In this document: positions 8,304 through 17,697 of the stretch, one piece after another | Layout of the letters: each line of letters begins with the position of its first letter | Numbering within the stretch: position 1 is the stretch's first letter | From: an uncultured Muribaculaceae bacterium | GTDB lineage: Bacteria; Bacteroidota; Bacteroidia; Bacteroidales; Muribaculaceae | Assembly: GCA_905209725.1 (NCBI GenBank) | Contig: CAJLTZ010000001.1 | Coordinates: forward strand, 53-64,052 | Direction of reading: 5' to 3' | DNA length: 64,000 nucleotides | Position numbers and translations under genes: made by a program | Notes under the pieces: model-generated | Database searches by the model: none | Told to the model about the DNA's origin: nothing | What the model saw: only the letters and a program-made list of their open reading frames with translations

Positions 8304-11300
8304 TCAATTGACCACAAGTATCTTCGACACCTTTGAGAATGCCTCGGCATCGGGGCCGTTGGAGGCCAGCACAAGGTAGACTCCTGCCGGCACGCGCTTG
8401 TGGTGGATATTGGTTACATCCCAGCGGCATTCACCGCTGCTTGCGCGGCCGAGGTCGCGGATTAGGTTGCCTGCGGCATCTGTGATCTTTACGGTGGCAT
8501 CTTCGGGAAGCCCGTCAATAGTGACATATCCGAAATAGTCCGGGCGTACGGGGTTGGGGTATGCCCTTGCCGTGTCTTCGTCGCCGTCGCCTCCCGCTGA
8601 AGAGAGGTAGAGTTCGCAGTTGCCTTTGCCGGTGGACATTACAATCGAATTGGATGCCGGATTATAGATTATGCTGTACACTGCATTGTCGGGCAGCATG
8701 GAATTGTCGGAGTTATAGCTTTTGAGCACGGTGCGTCCATCGGCCGATGTGCACACCACTCCTGCGGTCATTGTGGCAAACCATTTGCGACCCTGCGAGT
8801 CGGAAGTGATTCCGGTCACTTCGATATCGTTGAGCAGATAGTCGGCAAGGCCGGTGCCGTCGTCGCGCGACACCTTTATGCTTCTTACATCGGGAGTGCC
8901 TGCCAGCACGCCGCGCGGATTGAATGTGAATACTCCGGCATTATGGCCAACCCAGACAAGACCGGTCGACGGATCCTCGTGCCAGGCGGTGACATACAGC
9001 ATATTCAGGTCGCGATTCAGTTCCTTTCCGTCCTGGTTTGTTGCGGAAAGAGTGAGGCGTCCCTCTTTGCGGGAGGCCGACGAACCGGGGTTGCCCTGAT
9101 GGTCAAGCACAAGGATAGGTGCTTCTTTGTTGCCGGCATGGAAGAGCACGAGATTTTTGTTGGCGCTCGTTTGAGTTGCAAAGATTGAGTAGGTGTATGA
9201 GGGTTGGATGCGGTAACTGAGCTTGTGCCAGGGGCGGAACGACGATACCGATTTTGAGGCCTCCCGGTCGGCCGGAGTCCAATACCAGAGTTCCACATAT
9301 GGAGTCCCTCCACCTGATATCGGGGTTTTGTCAGGGTCGATATGTGCGGTCCAGAGGATTCCGGATGTGTCGAACACCGGGTCGGCAAAACCACACTGCG
9401 TGGGATAATCTTTGTCGCTGTGAACGGGCACGCAATCCACGAAGCCCGGTTTCCCCTTGCCTCCGGCATGGTCGTTGGCCGCAGTCATGTGCAGTGATGC
9501 AGCGGGATTGGCGAGGTCGAGGCGAAGCATGCCATTTTCCTGCGAACCGCAATAAACGTGGTCTTTGTTCAACGGGTCGATGGCCACACCGCCGGGATTG
9601 TAGATGGTCATTCCGGGGAAATCGCCGCGATAAGTGGTGCTCAGAGGCGTCCATTTCCCATCCTTGTATCCGGCGATAAGGTCCGGTTCGCCGAGATGAA
9701 TGAAGAAATGGGAGTTGATGCCGTGATTTCGCAGAAGCACTCCATAAGTGGGGTGTATGGCGAGTTTTGTGGCGATGAATGCATTGGCGGCGTTGGGCAC
9801 AGAGGGATTGGCCGTGACTGTCCAGGCCGACTGCCCGGCTGCCGGCACACGCTTGCGGCTTACTCCCTTCCTGCCATTCGACACCCAATATTCCCTGCCG
9901 TCATAACTGGCAGCAGGACAATCCTTGTCGGCCTCGGCCCGGGCAATCTCAGTCTGCTTCCCGGCTGTGTCGAATTGAAGAATCCGGTTACCTTCCACTA
10001 TGGAGAGGGTCTGAGCACCGCGTTCCAGGGAATATGCACGATTTTGGGAGATCACGGAGCCTGTCGGCACTCCGTTGCTGATGCTGTAATATCCGCTCGC
10101 GGGAGAACCGAACTTTCCATGGAGGGCATATAGACGGTCGCCCCAGGGCAGAAAGCGCTGCACCGGTTTTGAAATGCCCCTGAGAGCCTCAAGGTCGGAA
10201 AACGACTGGCCGCGGCCATCGCTGTAATAGTTACCCTCGGGAGTGCTTACAAAAAGAATTCCCTTGAAGCGCACTGCGGCATTTACGCGTCGGCGATATA
10301 TACGCGACTCCTCCACCTCCCCTTTCTTGGGGTCGATTTCGGCATATCCGAAATCCGTGGCCACGAATGCGTGTCCGTTGTCAGGGCTGAATGTGATGCT
10401 GCGAGGACGCCGCGAAAGCTCGGAGTCGGCAAGCAGAAGCGCCGGAATGTTTTTGATTTCCCCGTTGTCGTAAAATATGTCGATGTTGCCGTTGTCGTAG
10501 GCCACCATCAGATATTTGCCGTCGTAATTGTATTCGGCGCAATTCACGATATATTCGGAGGCTCCTTCATTGCGGCCTATATGGCGCCATTCTTCGCTCT
10601 CCTTGTCGAATACAAAGAGATTGATATAGATGTTGTTGAAATTGTCTAAGCCGGAATTGTCTTCATATGGCTGCATGAATGGAAGCACATATAGCCGGTC
10701 TTTTGTGTCGATGATTCGGGCGAGGGAGCCGTCGTAAGTGGGGAGGATTCTCCATTGCTCGGCGTTTGCGGAGAATGCTGCCGTGAGCGTGATGATGGCG
10801 GCCACGATGATGCCGAGGAAGTCGCGGAGTTTGCGCAGGGCTCTTCCGCGGTGGGAGATGGCGTTTTTGTCGTCGGCGCTCATCTCTGCGAAGCATTTGC
10901 CCGACTCCTTGGCACGGAAGATGGGATCGTAGCCGAATCCTCCGTCGCCGTGGCGTTCCGTGGTAATCTTGCCGTCCACGCTGCCCGTGAAGCAATGCTC
11001 CTCGCCGTCGGCGCAAAGGGCGATGACCGTGCGAAACTGTGCGTCACGATTCTCGATGCCCTCCATCTCGTGAAGGAGTTTGGTTACATTCTCGTCGGGC
11101 GTGCAGTGTTCGCCGGCGTAGCGGGCGCTGTATACTCCTGGAGCGCCGTTGAGAGCCTCCACGCAGAGCCCTGTGTCGTCGGCGAAACAGTCGTAGCCGT
11201 AGCGGTCGCGAACCCACCGGGCCTTCTGAAGGGCATTCCCTTCAAGGGTGTTCGCTGTCTCCGGTATCTCGTCGTGACAGTTTATCTCGGCAAGCGACAC

Positions 11301-11390
11301 AATTTGAAACCCGTCGGAAACAATCCGGCGGGCCTCTTCAAGTTTATGCTGATTGTTGGTTGCAAATACAAGAGCCTTCTTCTGATTCAT
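8304..11390 (-). CDS. rdgB: single 1028-codon frame: N-terminal RdgB/HAM1 dITP/XTP pyrophosphatase (~195 aa) continuing with no stop into a hydrophobic signal/anchor segment, a Reg_prop-like beta-propeller region and a T9SS C-terminal sorting domain
   Basis: N-terminus [14 protein letters not shown]...GFGYDPIF...[10 protein letters not shown] is canonical Ham1. Immediately after comes [24 protein letters not shown], which is signal-peptide-like and has no in-frame ATG (only a GTG near 10805). Later motifs [14 protein letters not shown] and [12 protein letters not shown] are Reg_prop-like. The C-terminus [29 protein letters not shown] is a T9SS CTD. No stop codon lies between the domains. Confidence 0.6.
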   Translation of the reverse strand: MNQKKALVFATNNQHKLEEARRIVSDGFQIVSLAEINCHDEIPETANTLEGNALQKARWVRDRYGYDCFADDTGLCVEALNGAPGVYSARYAGEHCTPDENVTKLLHEMEGIENRDAQFRTVIALCADGEEHCFTGSVDGKITTERHGDGGFGYDPIFRAKESGKCFAEMSADDKNAISHRGRALRKLRDFLGIIVAAIITLTAAFSANAEQWRILPTYDGSLARIIDTKDRLYVLPFMQPYEDNSGLDNFNNIYINLFVFDKESEEWRHIGRNEGASEYIVNCAEYNYDGKYLMVAYDNGNIDIFYDNGEIKNIPALLLADSELSRRPRSITFSPDNGHAFVATDFGYAEIDPKKGEVEESRIYRRRVNAAVRFKGILFVSTPEGNYYSDGRGQSFSDLEALRGISKPVQRFLPWGDRLYALHGKFGSPASGYYSISNGVPTGSVISQNRAYSLERGAQTLSIVEGNRILQFDTAGKQTEIARAEADKDCPAASYDGREYWVSNGRKGVSRKRVPAAGQSAWTVTANPSVPNAANAFIATKLAIHPTYGVLLRNHGINSHFFIHLGEPDLIAGYKDGKWTPLSTTYRGDFPGMTIYNPGGVAIDPLNKDHVYCGSQENGMLRLDLANPAASLHMTAANDHAGGKGKPGFVDCVPVHSDKDYPTQCGFADPVFDTSGILWTAHIDPDKTPISGGGTPYVELWYWTPADREASKSVSSFRPWHKLSYRIQPSYTYSIFATQTSANKNLVLFHAGNKEAPILVLDHQGNPGSSASRKEGRLTLSATNQDGKELNRDLNMLYVTAWHEDPSTGLVWVGHNAGVFTFNPRGVLAGTPDVRSIKVSRDDGTGLADYLLNDIEVTGITSDSQGRKWFATMTAGVVCTSADGRTVLKSYNSDNSMLPDNAVYSIIYNPASNSIVMSTGKGNCELYLSSAGGDGDEDTARAYPNPVRPDYFGYVTIDGLPEDATVKITDAAGNLIRDLGRASSGECRWDVTNIHHKRVPAGVYLVLASNGPDAEAFSKVSKILVVN

Positions 11391-11430
11391 AAGCGTTGAT
11401 GATGCGGTAGGTTCGCAACCATATAACGCA

Positions 11431-12762
11431 TTAAGAGGGTGCGTTATTGCGCAGGCCGATGCAGGAGTATTCGAAGCCCTCGGAGTTGAGCTGGCGGGCG
11501 TCGTAGATATTTCGGCCGTCGATAATCACGCGGGTGCGCATTGTGCGGTGGAGCACATTCCAGGATGGGAGACGGAACTGTTTCCACTCCGTGAGCAGGA
11601 GCACGGCGTCGGCGTCAAGTGCTGCCTCATAGATATTGGAGGCATACTCTATGGAATCGCCGAGACGGCGGCGGGCCTCATCCATGGCCACAGGGTCGTA
11701 GGCCACCACCGATGCGCCGGCCTCAAGCAGACGGGCCACAATACGCAGCGAGGGAGCCTCGCGCATGTCGTCGGTGTCGGGCTTGAATGCAAGGCCCCAT
11801 AATGCAATACGCTTGCCTCGCAGGTCAGGGCCGAAACGCTCCACAAGTTTGTCGAAAAGGCGCTCTTTCTGGCGCTCGTTGACGCTGTCCACAGCCTCGA
11901 GCACCTGCATCTTATAGCCATGCTTGGCCGCGGTCTTTATCAGTGCCTTCACATCCTTAGGAAAGCATGAGCCTCCGTAGCCGCATCCGGGATAGAGGAA
12001 TTTTGATCCGATGCGCGTGTCGGCACCGATGCCGGTGCGCACCATATTCACGTCGGCCCCCACGAGTTCGCAAAGGTTGGCGATGTCGTTCATGAATGAG
12101 ATGCGGGTGGCCAGCATAGAATTGGCGGCATATTTAATCATTTCTGCCGATGGAATGTCGGTGAATATCATGCGGTATTTATTGAGCATGAAGGGCTTGT
12201 AGAGGCGCTCCATCAGTTCGCGGGCGCGCTCGCTCTCCACACCTACCACCACGCGGTCGGGATGCATGAAGTCGGTCACGGCACGTCCCTCTTTCAGGAA
12301 TTCGGGATTGGATGCGACGTCGAATTCTATGTCGATGTCGCGCATCTCGAGTTCTTCGCGGATGGCGTCCTTCACCTTCTTCGCCGTGCCCACCGGCACA
12401 GTCGACTTGGTGACCACCAGCTTATATCCGTTCATCGTGCGTCCGATTGTATGTGCCACATCCAGCACATACCGCAGGTCGGCCGATCCGTCCTCGTCGG
12501 GTGGCGTGCCCACAGCCGAGAAAATCACCTCCACATCGTCGATAATCTCCTTCAGGTCGGTGGTGAATTTAAGTCTGCCCTCGGCATAATTCCGTTTCAC
12601 CTTGTCCTCGAGCCCGGGCTCATAGATGGGGATCACCCCCGCCTTCAGGTTTCCAATCTTTCTGGCATCCACATCAACGCAGGTCACGTCGACGCCCATT
12701 TCTGCAAAGCAGGTTCCGGTGACGAGTCCTACATATCCGGTTCCGACAATCGCTATTTTCAT
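11431..12762 (-). CDS. ugd: UDP-glucose 6-dehydrogenase (UDP-glucose/GDP-mannose dehydrogenase family)
   Basis: [16 protein letters not shown] Rossmann N-terminus and catalytic GGSCFPKD motif. Confidence 0.9.
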   Translation of the reverse strand: MKIAIVGTGYVGLVTGTCFAEMGVDVTCVDVDARKIGNLKAGVIPIYEPGLEDKVKRNYAEGRLKFTTDLKEIIDDVEVIFSAVGTPPDEDGSADLRYVLDVAHTIGRTMNGYKLVVTKSTVPVGTAKKVKDAIREELEMRDIDIEFDVASNPEFLKEGRAVTDFMHPDRVVVGVESERARELMERLYKPFMLNKYRMIFTDIPSAEMIKYAANSMLATRISFMNDIANLCELVGADVNMVRTGIGADTRIGSKFLYPGCGYGGSCFPKDVKALIKTAAKHGYKMQVLEAVDSVNERQKERLFDKLVERFGPDLRGKRIALWGLAFKPDTDDMREAPSLRIVARLLEAGASVVAYDPVAMDEARRRLGDSIEYASNIYEAALDADAVLLLTEWKQFRLPSWNVLHRTMRTRVIIDGRNIYDARQLNSEGFEYSCIGLRNNAPS

Positions 12763-12806
12763 TGATATCGCTTTAAATAATTAGACATGAAAAAGGGATC
12801 TCATGA

Positions 12807-14177
12807 TTACTCATAGCGTATGCGGCATTTGCGGAGCACTTTCCAATATCCATTCTCGAAGATGGCGGTGCCGTCGCTTTCGGTCACGATTGCCGACACG
12901 CCGATTGTATCTTCAAGATTATCGCCGGAGCATCCTGGGGCAAGATATTCATTGGGGTTGGAGAGAGCTAGTTCCACCACCTCGGGGTCGTCGGCCACAT
13001 AGAAGGTGCCCACAAGGCCGTCGTTTGTGTCGAGACGGTAAATCGTGTTTCCGGGGCTGAGGCGACGGTCGGCGCGTACGAAAATACCACGCGAGTTGGC
13101 TCTGCCAAGATAGATCTCGTGGATAATCGGGCGTTCCTCGGCTACAGCCTTACGGCGTTCCTCGCGGCGCGGTTCTTCGCGGCGGGGCTCCACTCGGCGC
13201 GGTTCCTCGCGACGCGGTTCTTCGTAGCGGGGTTCCTCTCTGCGCGGAAGGGGATTGCGTGCCTCAGATGCGGCAAGAAGGTCGCCACGGAGTTTCTCAA
13301 TCTGCGCAAGCAAACGCTTGTTGTCGAGTTTATAGCGTTCGAGCTCGGCGCCGATCTCGCTGCTTCTTCCCTCTTCCATTTCGAGGCGGCGGCGCAGGTC
13401 GTCAATCTCTTCATTTTTCTTTGTGAGAGCCTCCTTGGCCTTCTCCCGGAGTGATGAAATCTCGGAAGCATCCTCCTTGCTGCGGCTTTCGCTGCGGGGC
13501 TGTTGCTGCTTCTTCATCACATTGGCGGCATATACCACCAGCCATATCACCACAGCCACCAGCACCACGAGGATAATCACGTATACCACCGTGTTGCCAT
13601 CCTCCTGCTGCGTTGGGGGTGCGTTTTTGTCGGCATCCTCGCTTATGGCCTGCTGGTCGGCAAGGATATCCTGCTGGTCGGCCGCAGGTGCGTCGGCCGC
13701 AGGGGTGGCTTCAGCAGCGGATGTTGTGGCCGGGTCGGGCGTTGTGGCCTCGGGTACAGGCTCAGGCGCCGGCGCGGGTGCAGAGGGTGCTGATACATTC
13801 ATCGCCGATATCTGCTTGCGCACTCTTCCGCGGGCAGCCTTTCCCTTGTCGGAAAGCCCTGAACTCTGGAAGAAGGTCGACGACCAGTATTCCACGAGTT
13901 TCTCCTTGTCCCAGGAAGCATAGTCGGCAGGCACCTTCACGGCCTCGAATGCCCGCAGGTTCTCCTTCTCCTTGGCTTTAAGGCTTCCTTTAAGCTGCGT
14001 CATTGATGTGGCCTTCACATCGTCGAGATAGCCGGAACCATCATTGGCATAACGCAGATAGGCCTTCGCCGCTATGGCGCGGGCCTCATCCATTTCCTTA
14101 TCCGTGACAGCCATGGCCGCCACCGATACCAGCATCATTGCTGAAAGCAGAATCGCACGTCTCAATATTCTAATCAT
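12807..14177 (-). CDS. hypothetical bitopic membrane protein: signal peptide, Pro/Ala/Thr-rich linker, one TM helix, coiled coil, (EEPRR)x6 repeat, conserved C-terminal domain
   Basis: N-terminus MIRILRRAILLSAMMLVSVAAMA; TM segment VVYVIILVVLVAVVIWLVVYAA; repeat PRREEPRYEEPRREEPRRVEPRREEPRREERRK, encoded by ~15 bp DNA tandem repeats around 13140-13260. Confidence 0.6.
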   Translation of the reverse strand: MIRILRRAILLSAMMLVSVAAMAVTDKEMDEARAIAAKAYLRYANDGSGYLDDVKATSMTQLKGSLKAKEKENLRAFEAVKVPADYASWDKEKLVEYWSSTFFQSSGLSDKGKAARGRVRKQISAMNVSAPSAPAPAPEPVPEATTPDPATTSAAEATPAADAPAADQQDILADQQAISEDADKNAPPTQQEDGNTVVYVIILVVLVAVVIWLVVYAANVMKKQQQPRSESRSKEDASEISSLREKAKEALTKKNEEIDDLRRRLEMEEGRSSEIGAELERYKLDNKRLLAQIEKLRGDLLAASEARNPLPRREEPRYEEPRREEPRRVEPRREEPRREERRKAVAEERPIIHEIYLGRANSRGIFVRADRRLSPGNTIYRLDTNDGLVGTFYVADDPEVVELALSNPNEYLAPGCSGDNLEDTIGVSAIVTESDGTAIFENGYWKVLRKCRIRYE

Positions 14178-14243
14178 AACTCAAATATCAATATTCGATA
14201 TACTGAAGTTGTTTAAACTAATTTACGTTTAATGAAATCTCAA

Positions 14244-15617
14244 TCAAAGTTCCTTGCGCAAGCGGGCCACGGGTATCCCGAGCCTGTCGCGGTATTTTGC
14301 CACGGTGCGGCGCTTCAGGTCGAAGCCCTCGGCGTTCATCGTTTCCATCAGCCGCTGGTCGCTGAGAGGATGGCGCTTGTCCTCCTTCTCCACAAGCGTG
14401 CGGATGCGCGCCTCGATCATGCGGTTGGTGGTGGCTTCCTCGCTCTCACCTTTGTCCCCCTTCTCGTCGCTGAAGAAAAAGCGCAGCGGGAACACTCCCC
14501 AGGGCGTGGAAACGTATTTATTGTTGGTGGCTCTTGATATCACGGAAATATCGAGTCCCGTGATGTCGGCCACTGTCTTGATCATCATCGGTTTGAGCCT
14601 GTACACATTGCGTGTCATGAAATATTCGTGCTGCAGCTTTATGATGGCGCTCATCACGGTCATCATTGTGTTCTGCCGCTGCTGGAGCACTCGGATGAAG
14701 TCGCGGGCATCATTATATCGGCTCACGATATATTCCGACCCCTTTCGCGGGCGGCCTGTAGGGGTGCGGTCCACGCTCGCCATGGCCTGCTCGAAGCTCT
14801 TGGCAATCTGAAGTTCCGGCACGCTGTTGTTGAGCGTCACATAGAATTCTCCCTCCTCCTCCGTGACCACAAAGTCGGGCACAATCACTCCGGCTGTGTC
14901 GGCGGGGTCGTTGCCCATCGACGCGCCGGGTTTCGGATTGAGGCTTTTTATGAGCGAAAGCGCATTGTCGGCCTCGGCATCTGAGAGTTTCAGCAACGAG
15001 CGTATGCGGTGGCGATGCTTCATGGTGAATGCCTCGTAGGCATCAGCGAGGATACGCAGGGCATTGTCGCGCTCGGGGCTTGCAGGCATTGCCCGCAATT
15101 GAATCTGCAGGCACTCCCGCAGGTTGGCGGCGCCCACTCCGGCCGGATCGAGTCGCTGCACCTCAGCGAGAGCCTGACGGCCCTCCTCCTCGCTTACCTC
15201 TACTCCCTCGCGGAAGGCCATCTCATCAATCAGATGATGCAGTCCGCCCCGCAGATATCCGTTGGAGTCGAGATTGCCGATAAGATACCTTGCGGCAAAT
15301 TCCACCTTCGGCGAGAGATTGCGCTCGGAAAGCTGGGTGTTGAGATAGTCGTAGAGGTTGGCGGTGCGGTCGGCCGGTGCAAATTCATAGTCTTCACTTT
15401 GCGATGAGCGGCGGGAGAACAACGGATAGCGCCGTGTGTCCTCTTCGTGCACCTCCTCTTTTTCCACAAGAGCCTCATTCTCTTCGAGCTCGCGCTCCAC
15501 AGTTTCATCGAGTTCGGGCGCATTGAGTTCCAGCAACCTCACATAGCGAAGCTGCTGCTGCGAAAGTATCGGACGCTGTGCGAGCGTCTGCCGTGTCTCG
15601 AGATTCTGTGTGGGCAT
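14244..15617 (-). CDS. rpoN: RNA polymerase sigma-54 factor
   Basis: Gln/Leu-rich N-terminus (RPILSQQQLRYVRLLELN) and a C-terminal RpoN box (RRTVAKYRDRLGIPVARLRKEL). Start placed at the internal Met (MPTQNLE), because the ORF-track extension runs into the tRNA. Confidence 0.9.
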   Translation of the reverse strand: MPTQNLETRQTLAQRPILSQQQLRYVRLLELNAPELDETVERELEENEALVEKEEVHEEDTRRYPLFSRRSSQSEDYEFAPADRTANLYDYLNTQLSERNLSPKVEFAARYLIGNLDSNGYLRGGLHHLIDEMAFREGVEVSEEEGRQALAEVQRLDPAGVGAANLRECLQIQLRAMPASPERDNALRILADAYEAFTMKHRHRIRSLLKLSDAEADNALSLIKSLNPKPGASMGNDPADTAGVIVPDFVVTEEEGEFYVTLNNSVPELQIAKSFEQAMASVDRTPTGRPRKGSEYIVSRYNDARDFIRVLQQRQNTMMTVMSAIIKLQHEYFMTRNVYRLKPMMIKTVADITGLDISVISRATNNKYVSTPWGVFPLRFFFSDEKGDKGESEEATTNRMIEARIRTLVEKEDKRHPLSDQRLMETMNAEGFDLKRRTVAKYRDRLGIPVARLRKEL

Positions 15618-15652
15618 CTTGCGTCTGGGGCTTTTGCTGATTCCCCAAGATG

Positions 15653-15684
15653 CAAAATTATTAATTTTTGACAATATCAGCAAA
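15653..15684 (-). promoter_or_regulatory. rpoN promoter: -33 TTTG, 20 nt spacer, -7 TAATTTTG
   Basis: Minus-strand read TTTGctgatattgtcaaaaattaaTAATTTTG, about 35 nt upstream of the rpoN ATG and downstream of the tRNA terminator. Confidence 0.55.
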
Positions 15685-15712
15685 TAAAAAAGGAGAGACC
15701 TGAGGCCTCTCC
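15681..15712 (-). terminator. rho-independent terminator after tRNA-Leu (9 bp stem GGAGAGGCC/GGTCTCTCC followed by a T6 tract)
   Basis: Hairpin ggagagacctgaggcctctcc at ~15692-15712, followed on the minus strand by TTTTTTATTTG. Confidence 0.7.
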
Positions 15713-15721
15713 ATGTCAGCG

Positions 15722-15806
15722 TACAGAAAGTGGGACTCGAACCCACACAGCCGATAAGGGCCAGGAGATTTTAAGTCTCCCGTGTCTACCATTCCACCAT
15801 TTCTGC
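15722..15806 (-). tRNA. tRNA-Leu (anticodon TAA), type II with long variable arm, no encoded CCA
   Basis: Minus-strand read GCAGAAATGGTGGAATGGTAGACACGGGAGACTTAAAATCTCCTGGCCCTTATCGGCTGTGTGGGTTCGAGTCCCACTTTCTGTA. Acceptor stem 7 bp with a G1:U72 wobble, anticodon loop CTTAAAA, T-arm GGTTCGAGTCC. Coordinates are +/-2. Confidence 0.85.
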
Positions 15807-15871
15807 ATCCGGGCTGCTGATTGCGTGCCGTATTTGCACCCGTCGGCACCTTCTCAGCGCTGTTTCATCTG

Positions 15872-15879
15872 CAAATTTA
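15872..15879 (-). promoter_or_regulatory. -7 box TAAATTTG, candidate promoter for the tRNA-Leu precursor
   Basis: Plus-strand ctgcaaatttaa is TTAAATTTGCAG on the minus strand, about 65 nt upstream of the tRNA 5' end. Confidence 0.4.
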
Positions 15880-15998
15880 AGCATTTGTAGCCACTTACCC
15901 CCATTTTGTTAAACTATTTTTGATTATTTTAACACAACCCTGCAAGAACTCCGCAGTCATGGCCTGTAATTTTGCAGCAGAATCAAAAATAAACGGAT

Positions 15999-16433
15999 AT
16001 GGTCACTACGAGTTATAACATTCAGAGCCGTCAGGGCAGCCAGAACAGTTACAGTGCGCAGCGCCGGAGTATGGATGGTCTTGTGCGCCGCAGTTTTTCG
16101 CCGACGCAGGCCACTGCGGTCACTCCGTCGGGCACGGGACATCCCATGAAATATGGCGACAAGGTGTATGCGCGTCTTGTGTTGGGCGGACGCGCCGTGG
16201 CCGAATTCACTACGGCCTGCGTAAACGACCTCACCGAACTCTTCATGGAGCTCCGTAGGCTCACACGCGGCTGCCGCGGCCTTGGACATCTGTTTATCCG
16301 CAATATGAGTCGCGGCTGGCGCATAGAGCGCCCGTTGATGCTCTATGCAGGCGACCGCCGCTCATCCTCAATCCTGCCTTCCTACTCCGTCAAGGCTCCC
16401 GCACGCCAGATCATGCCCTGGGAAACGCACTGA
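15999..16433 (+). CDS. hypothetical protein (144 aa, Arg/Ser-rich, no recognised domain)
   Basis: Only long ORF in the 15.85-16.44 kb gap. A -7 box TAATTTTG at 15967-15974 sits about 25 nt upstream of the ATG. It is convergent with the TPR gene. Composition is unusual, so it could be spurious. Confidence 0.4.
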   Translation: MVTTSYNIQSRQGSQNSYSAQRRSMDGLVRRSFSPTQATAVTPSGTGHPMKYGDKVYARLVLGGRAVAEFTTACVNDLTELFMELRRLTRGCRGLGHLFIRNMSRGWRIERPLMLYAGDRRSSSILPSYSVKAPARQIMPWETH

Positions 16434-16447
16434 ATTCTAAATTGCAA

Positions 16448-16729
16448 TCAGGGATTGTAAAGGTCCTTGTTGCGGTAGTCGAGGATTTCGTCGGCGGCCT
16501 TGATGGCCTCCTTGGCACGGCTTTGCGGATTAATCTCCACAGCCTTCAGGAAATCGTTGATGGCAAGAGCGCGTTTTCCGGCACCCCAATAACGCATGCC
16601 GCGCAAGGTGTATGCTTCGTCGCTCTCCGGATGAGCCGCGATATATTCTGTGAGATGAGCCACAGCCGCATCATAATCCATATCTCTGAGCGCCTCTTTC
16701 AGCGCAGGTATATTCTCTTTATTTTCCAT
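16448..16729 (-). CDS. small tetratricopeptide-repeat protein
   Basis: 93 aa with TPR-like helices (AAVAHLTEYIAAHPESDEAYTLRGMRYWGAGKRALAINDFLKAVEINP). Confidence 0.7.
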   Translation of the reverse strand: MENKENIPALKEALRDMDYDAAVAHLTEYIAAHPESDEAYTLRGMRYWGAGKRALAINDFLKAVEINPQSRAKEAIKAADEILDYRNKDLYNP

Positions 16730-16762
16730 GGCTTAATTATTTCCGTTTTTTTGTATAACGCA

Positions 16763-17605
16763 TCACAAAGTGATTTTGCTTGATTTCACATCCTCACCCA
16801 TAAAGATAGAGGCGAGTTGGTCGAAGCGCTCGGCATTTTCCGTGGTGAGGAATTTCGTGTTGCCTCCAAGCGAACATCTGCCTTCGATTTCGGGATGGCG
16901 GTGAAGATAGTCGGCGAGGCTGTCCGCCACGATGTCGCCCTGCGCCACGATGCGCACATGCTGCGGCACGTATTCCCTGATTTTGGGAAGCAGTAGGGGA
17001 TAATGCGTGCATCCGAGGAGAAGAGTGTCGATTTCGGGGTCGGCCGCAAGGATTCTGTCGAGATATTTCTTTACGAAATAGTCGGCACCGGGCGAAGCGC
17101 TTTCATTCATCTCCACGAGTGGCACCCACATGGGGCATTCTGTTTCAGTGATCTGCATGTCGGGATAGAGTTTCGCTATCTCCATGCGATAGGAATGCGA
17201 CCTCACGGTGCCCGGCGTGGCGAGCAGGCCGATGTGCCGTGTATGGGTAATGTCGCCTACAGCCTCGACCGTTGGGCGAATCACCCCCAGCACGCGCCTG
17301 TCGGGATATAGCGCGGGCAGCACATTCTGCTGCACGGAGCGCAGCGCCTTGGCCGAAGCCGTGTTGCAGGCAAGAATCACGAGCCGGCAGCCACGGCGGA
17401 ACAATTCCTCCACGGCCTGGCGCGTGAAGTCGTACACGATGTCGAAACTCCGTGTGCCATAGGGGGCGCGCGCGTTATCGCCTAAGTAGAGATAATCATA
17501 CTGGGGCAGATGGCGGCGTATCTCCTTGAGGATGGTAAGCCCGCCATAGCCTGAGTCAAACACTCCTATTTTCTCCACTCTGTTCCCTGAAGCCGTGCTG
17601 TTCAT
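16763..17605 (-). CDS. murI: glutamate racemase
   Basis: GVFDSGYGGLT and ACNTAS motifs. Confidence 0.92.
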   Translation of the reverse strand: MNSTASGNRVEKIGVFDSGYGGLTILKEIRRHLPQYDYLYLGDNARAPYGTRSFDIVYDFTRQAVEELFRRGCRLVILACNTASAKALRSVQQNVLPALYPDRRVLGVIRPTVEAVGDITHTRHIGLLATPGTVRSHSYRMEIAKLYPDMQITETECPMWVPLVEMNESASPGADYFVKKYLDRILAADPEIDTLLLGCTHYPLLLPKIREYVPQHVRIVAQGDIVADSLADYLHRHPEIEGRCSLGGNTKFLTTENAERFDQLASIFMGEDVKSSKITL

Positions 17606-17697
17606 CTCTTCTGCTGAAATCTATGAATTAATAAAAAGGCCGCCGGCTGAGATAGCCGACAGCCAAGCCTTATGATAATCTAATTTCCGATGTTCGC

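Noticed and set aside
11396-11430. Hairpin ataacgcattaagagggtgcgttat between ugd and rdgB as a terminator
   Set aside because: No U-tract follows on the transcribed strand, and the genes are only 40 bp apart in an apparent operon. More likely an incidental or attenuating structure.
15618-15746. N-terminal extension of the ORF-track rpoN ORF, and similar extensions of the mrp (3262-3480), purH (35662-35748) and CMD-cupin (24987-25073) ORFs
   Set aside because: The extensions overlap tRNA-Leu or upstream genes, contain no conserved sequence, and conserved family N-termini begin at internal Met codons preceded by promoter boxes.
15961-15980. Sigma-54 (-24/-12) promoter TGGCCTGTAATTTTGCA upstream of the orphan ORF
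   Set aside because: The GG-to-GC spacing is 11 rather than 10, and the same bases form a good sigma-A -7 box (TAATTTTG). The sigma-A interpretation is simpler.
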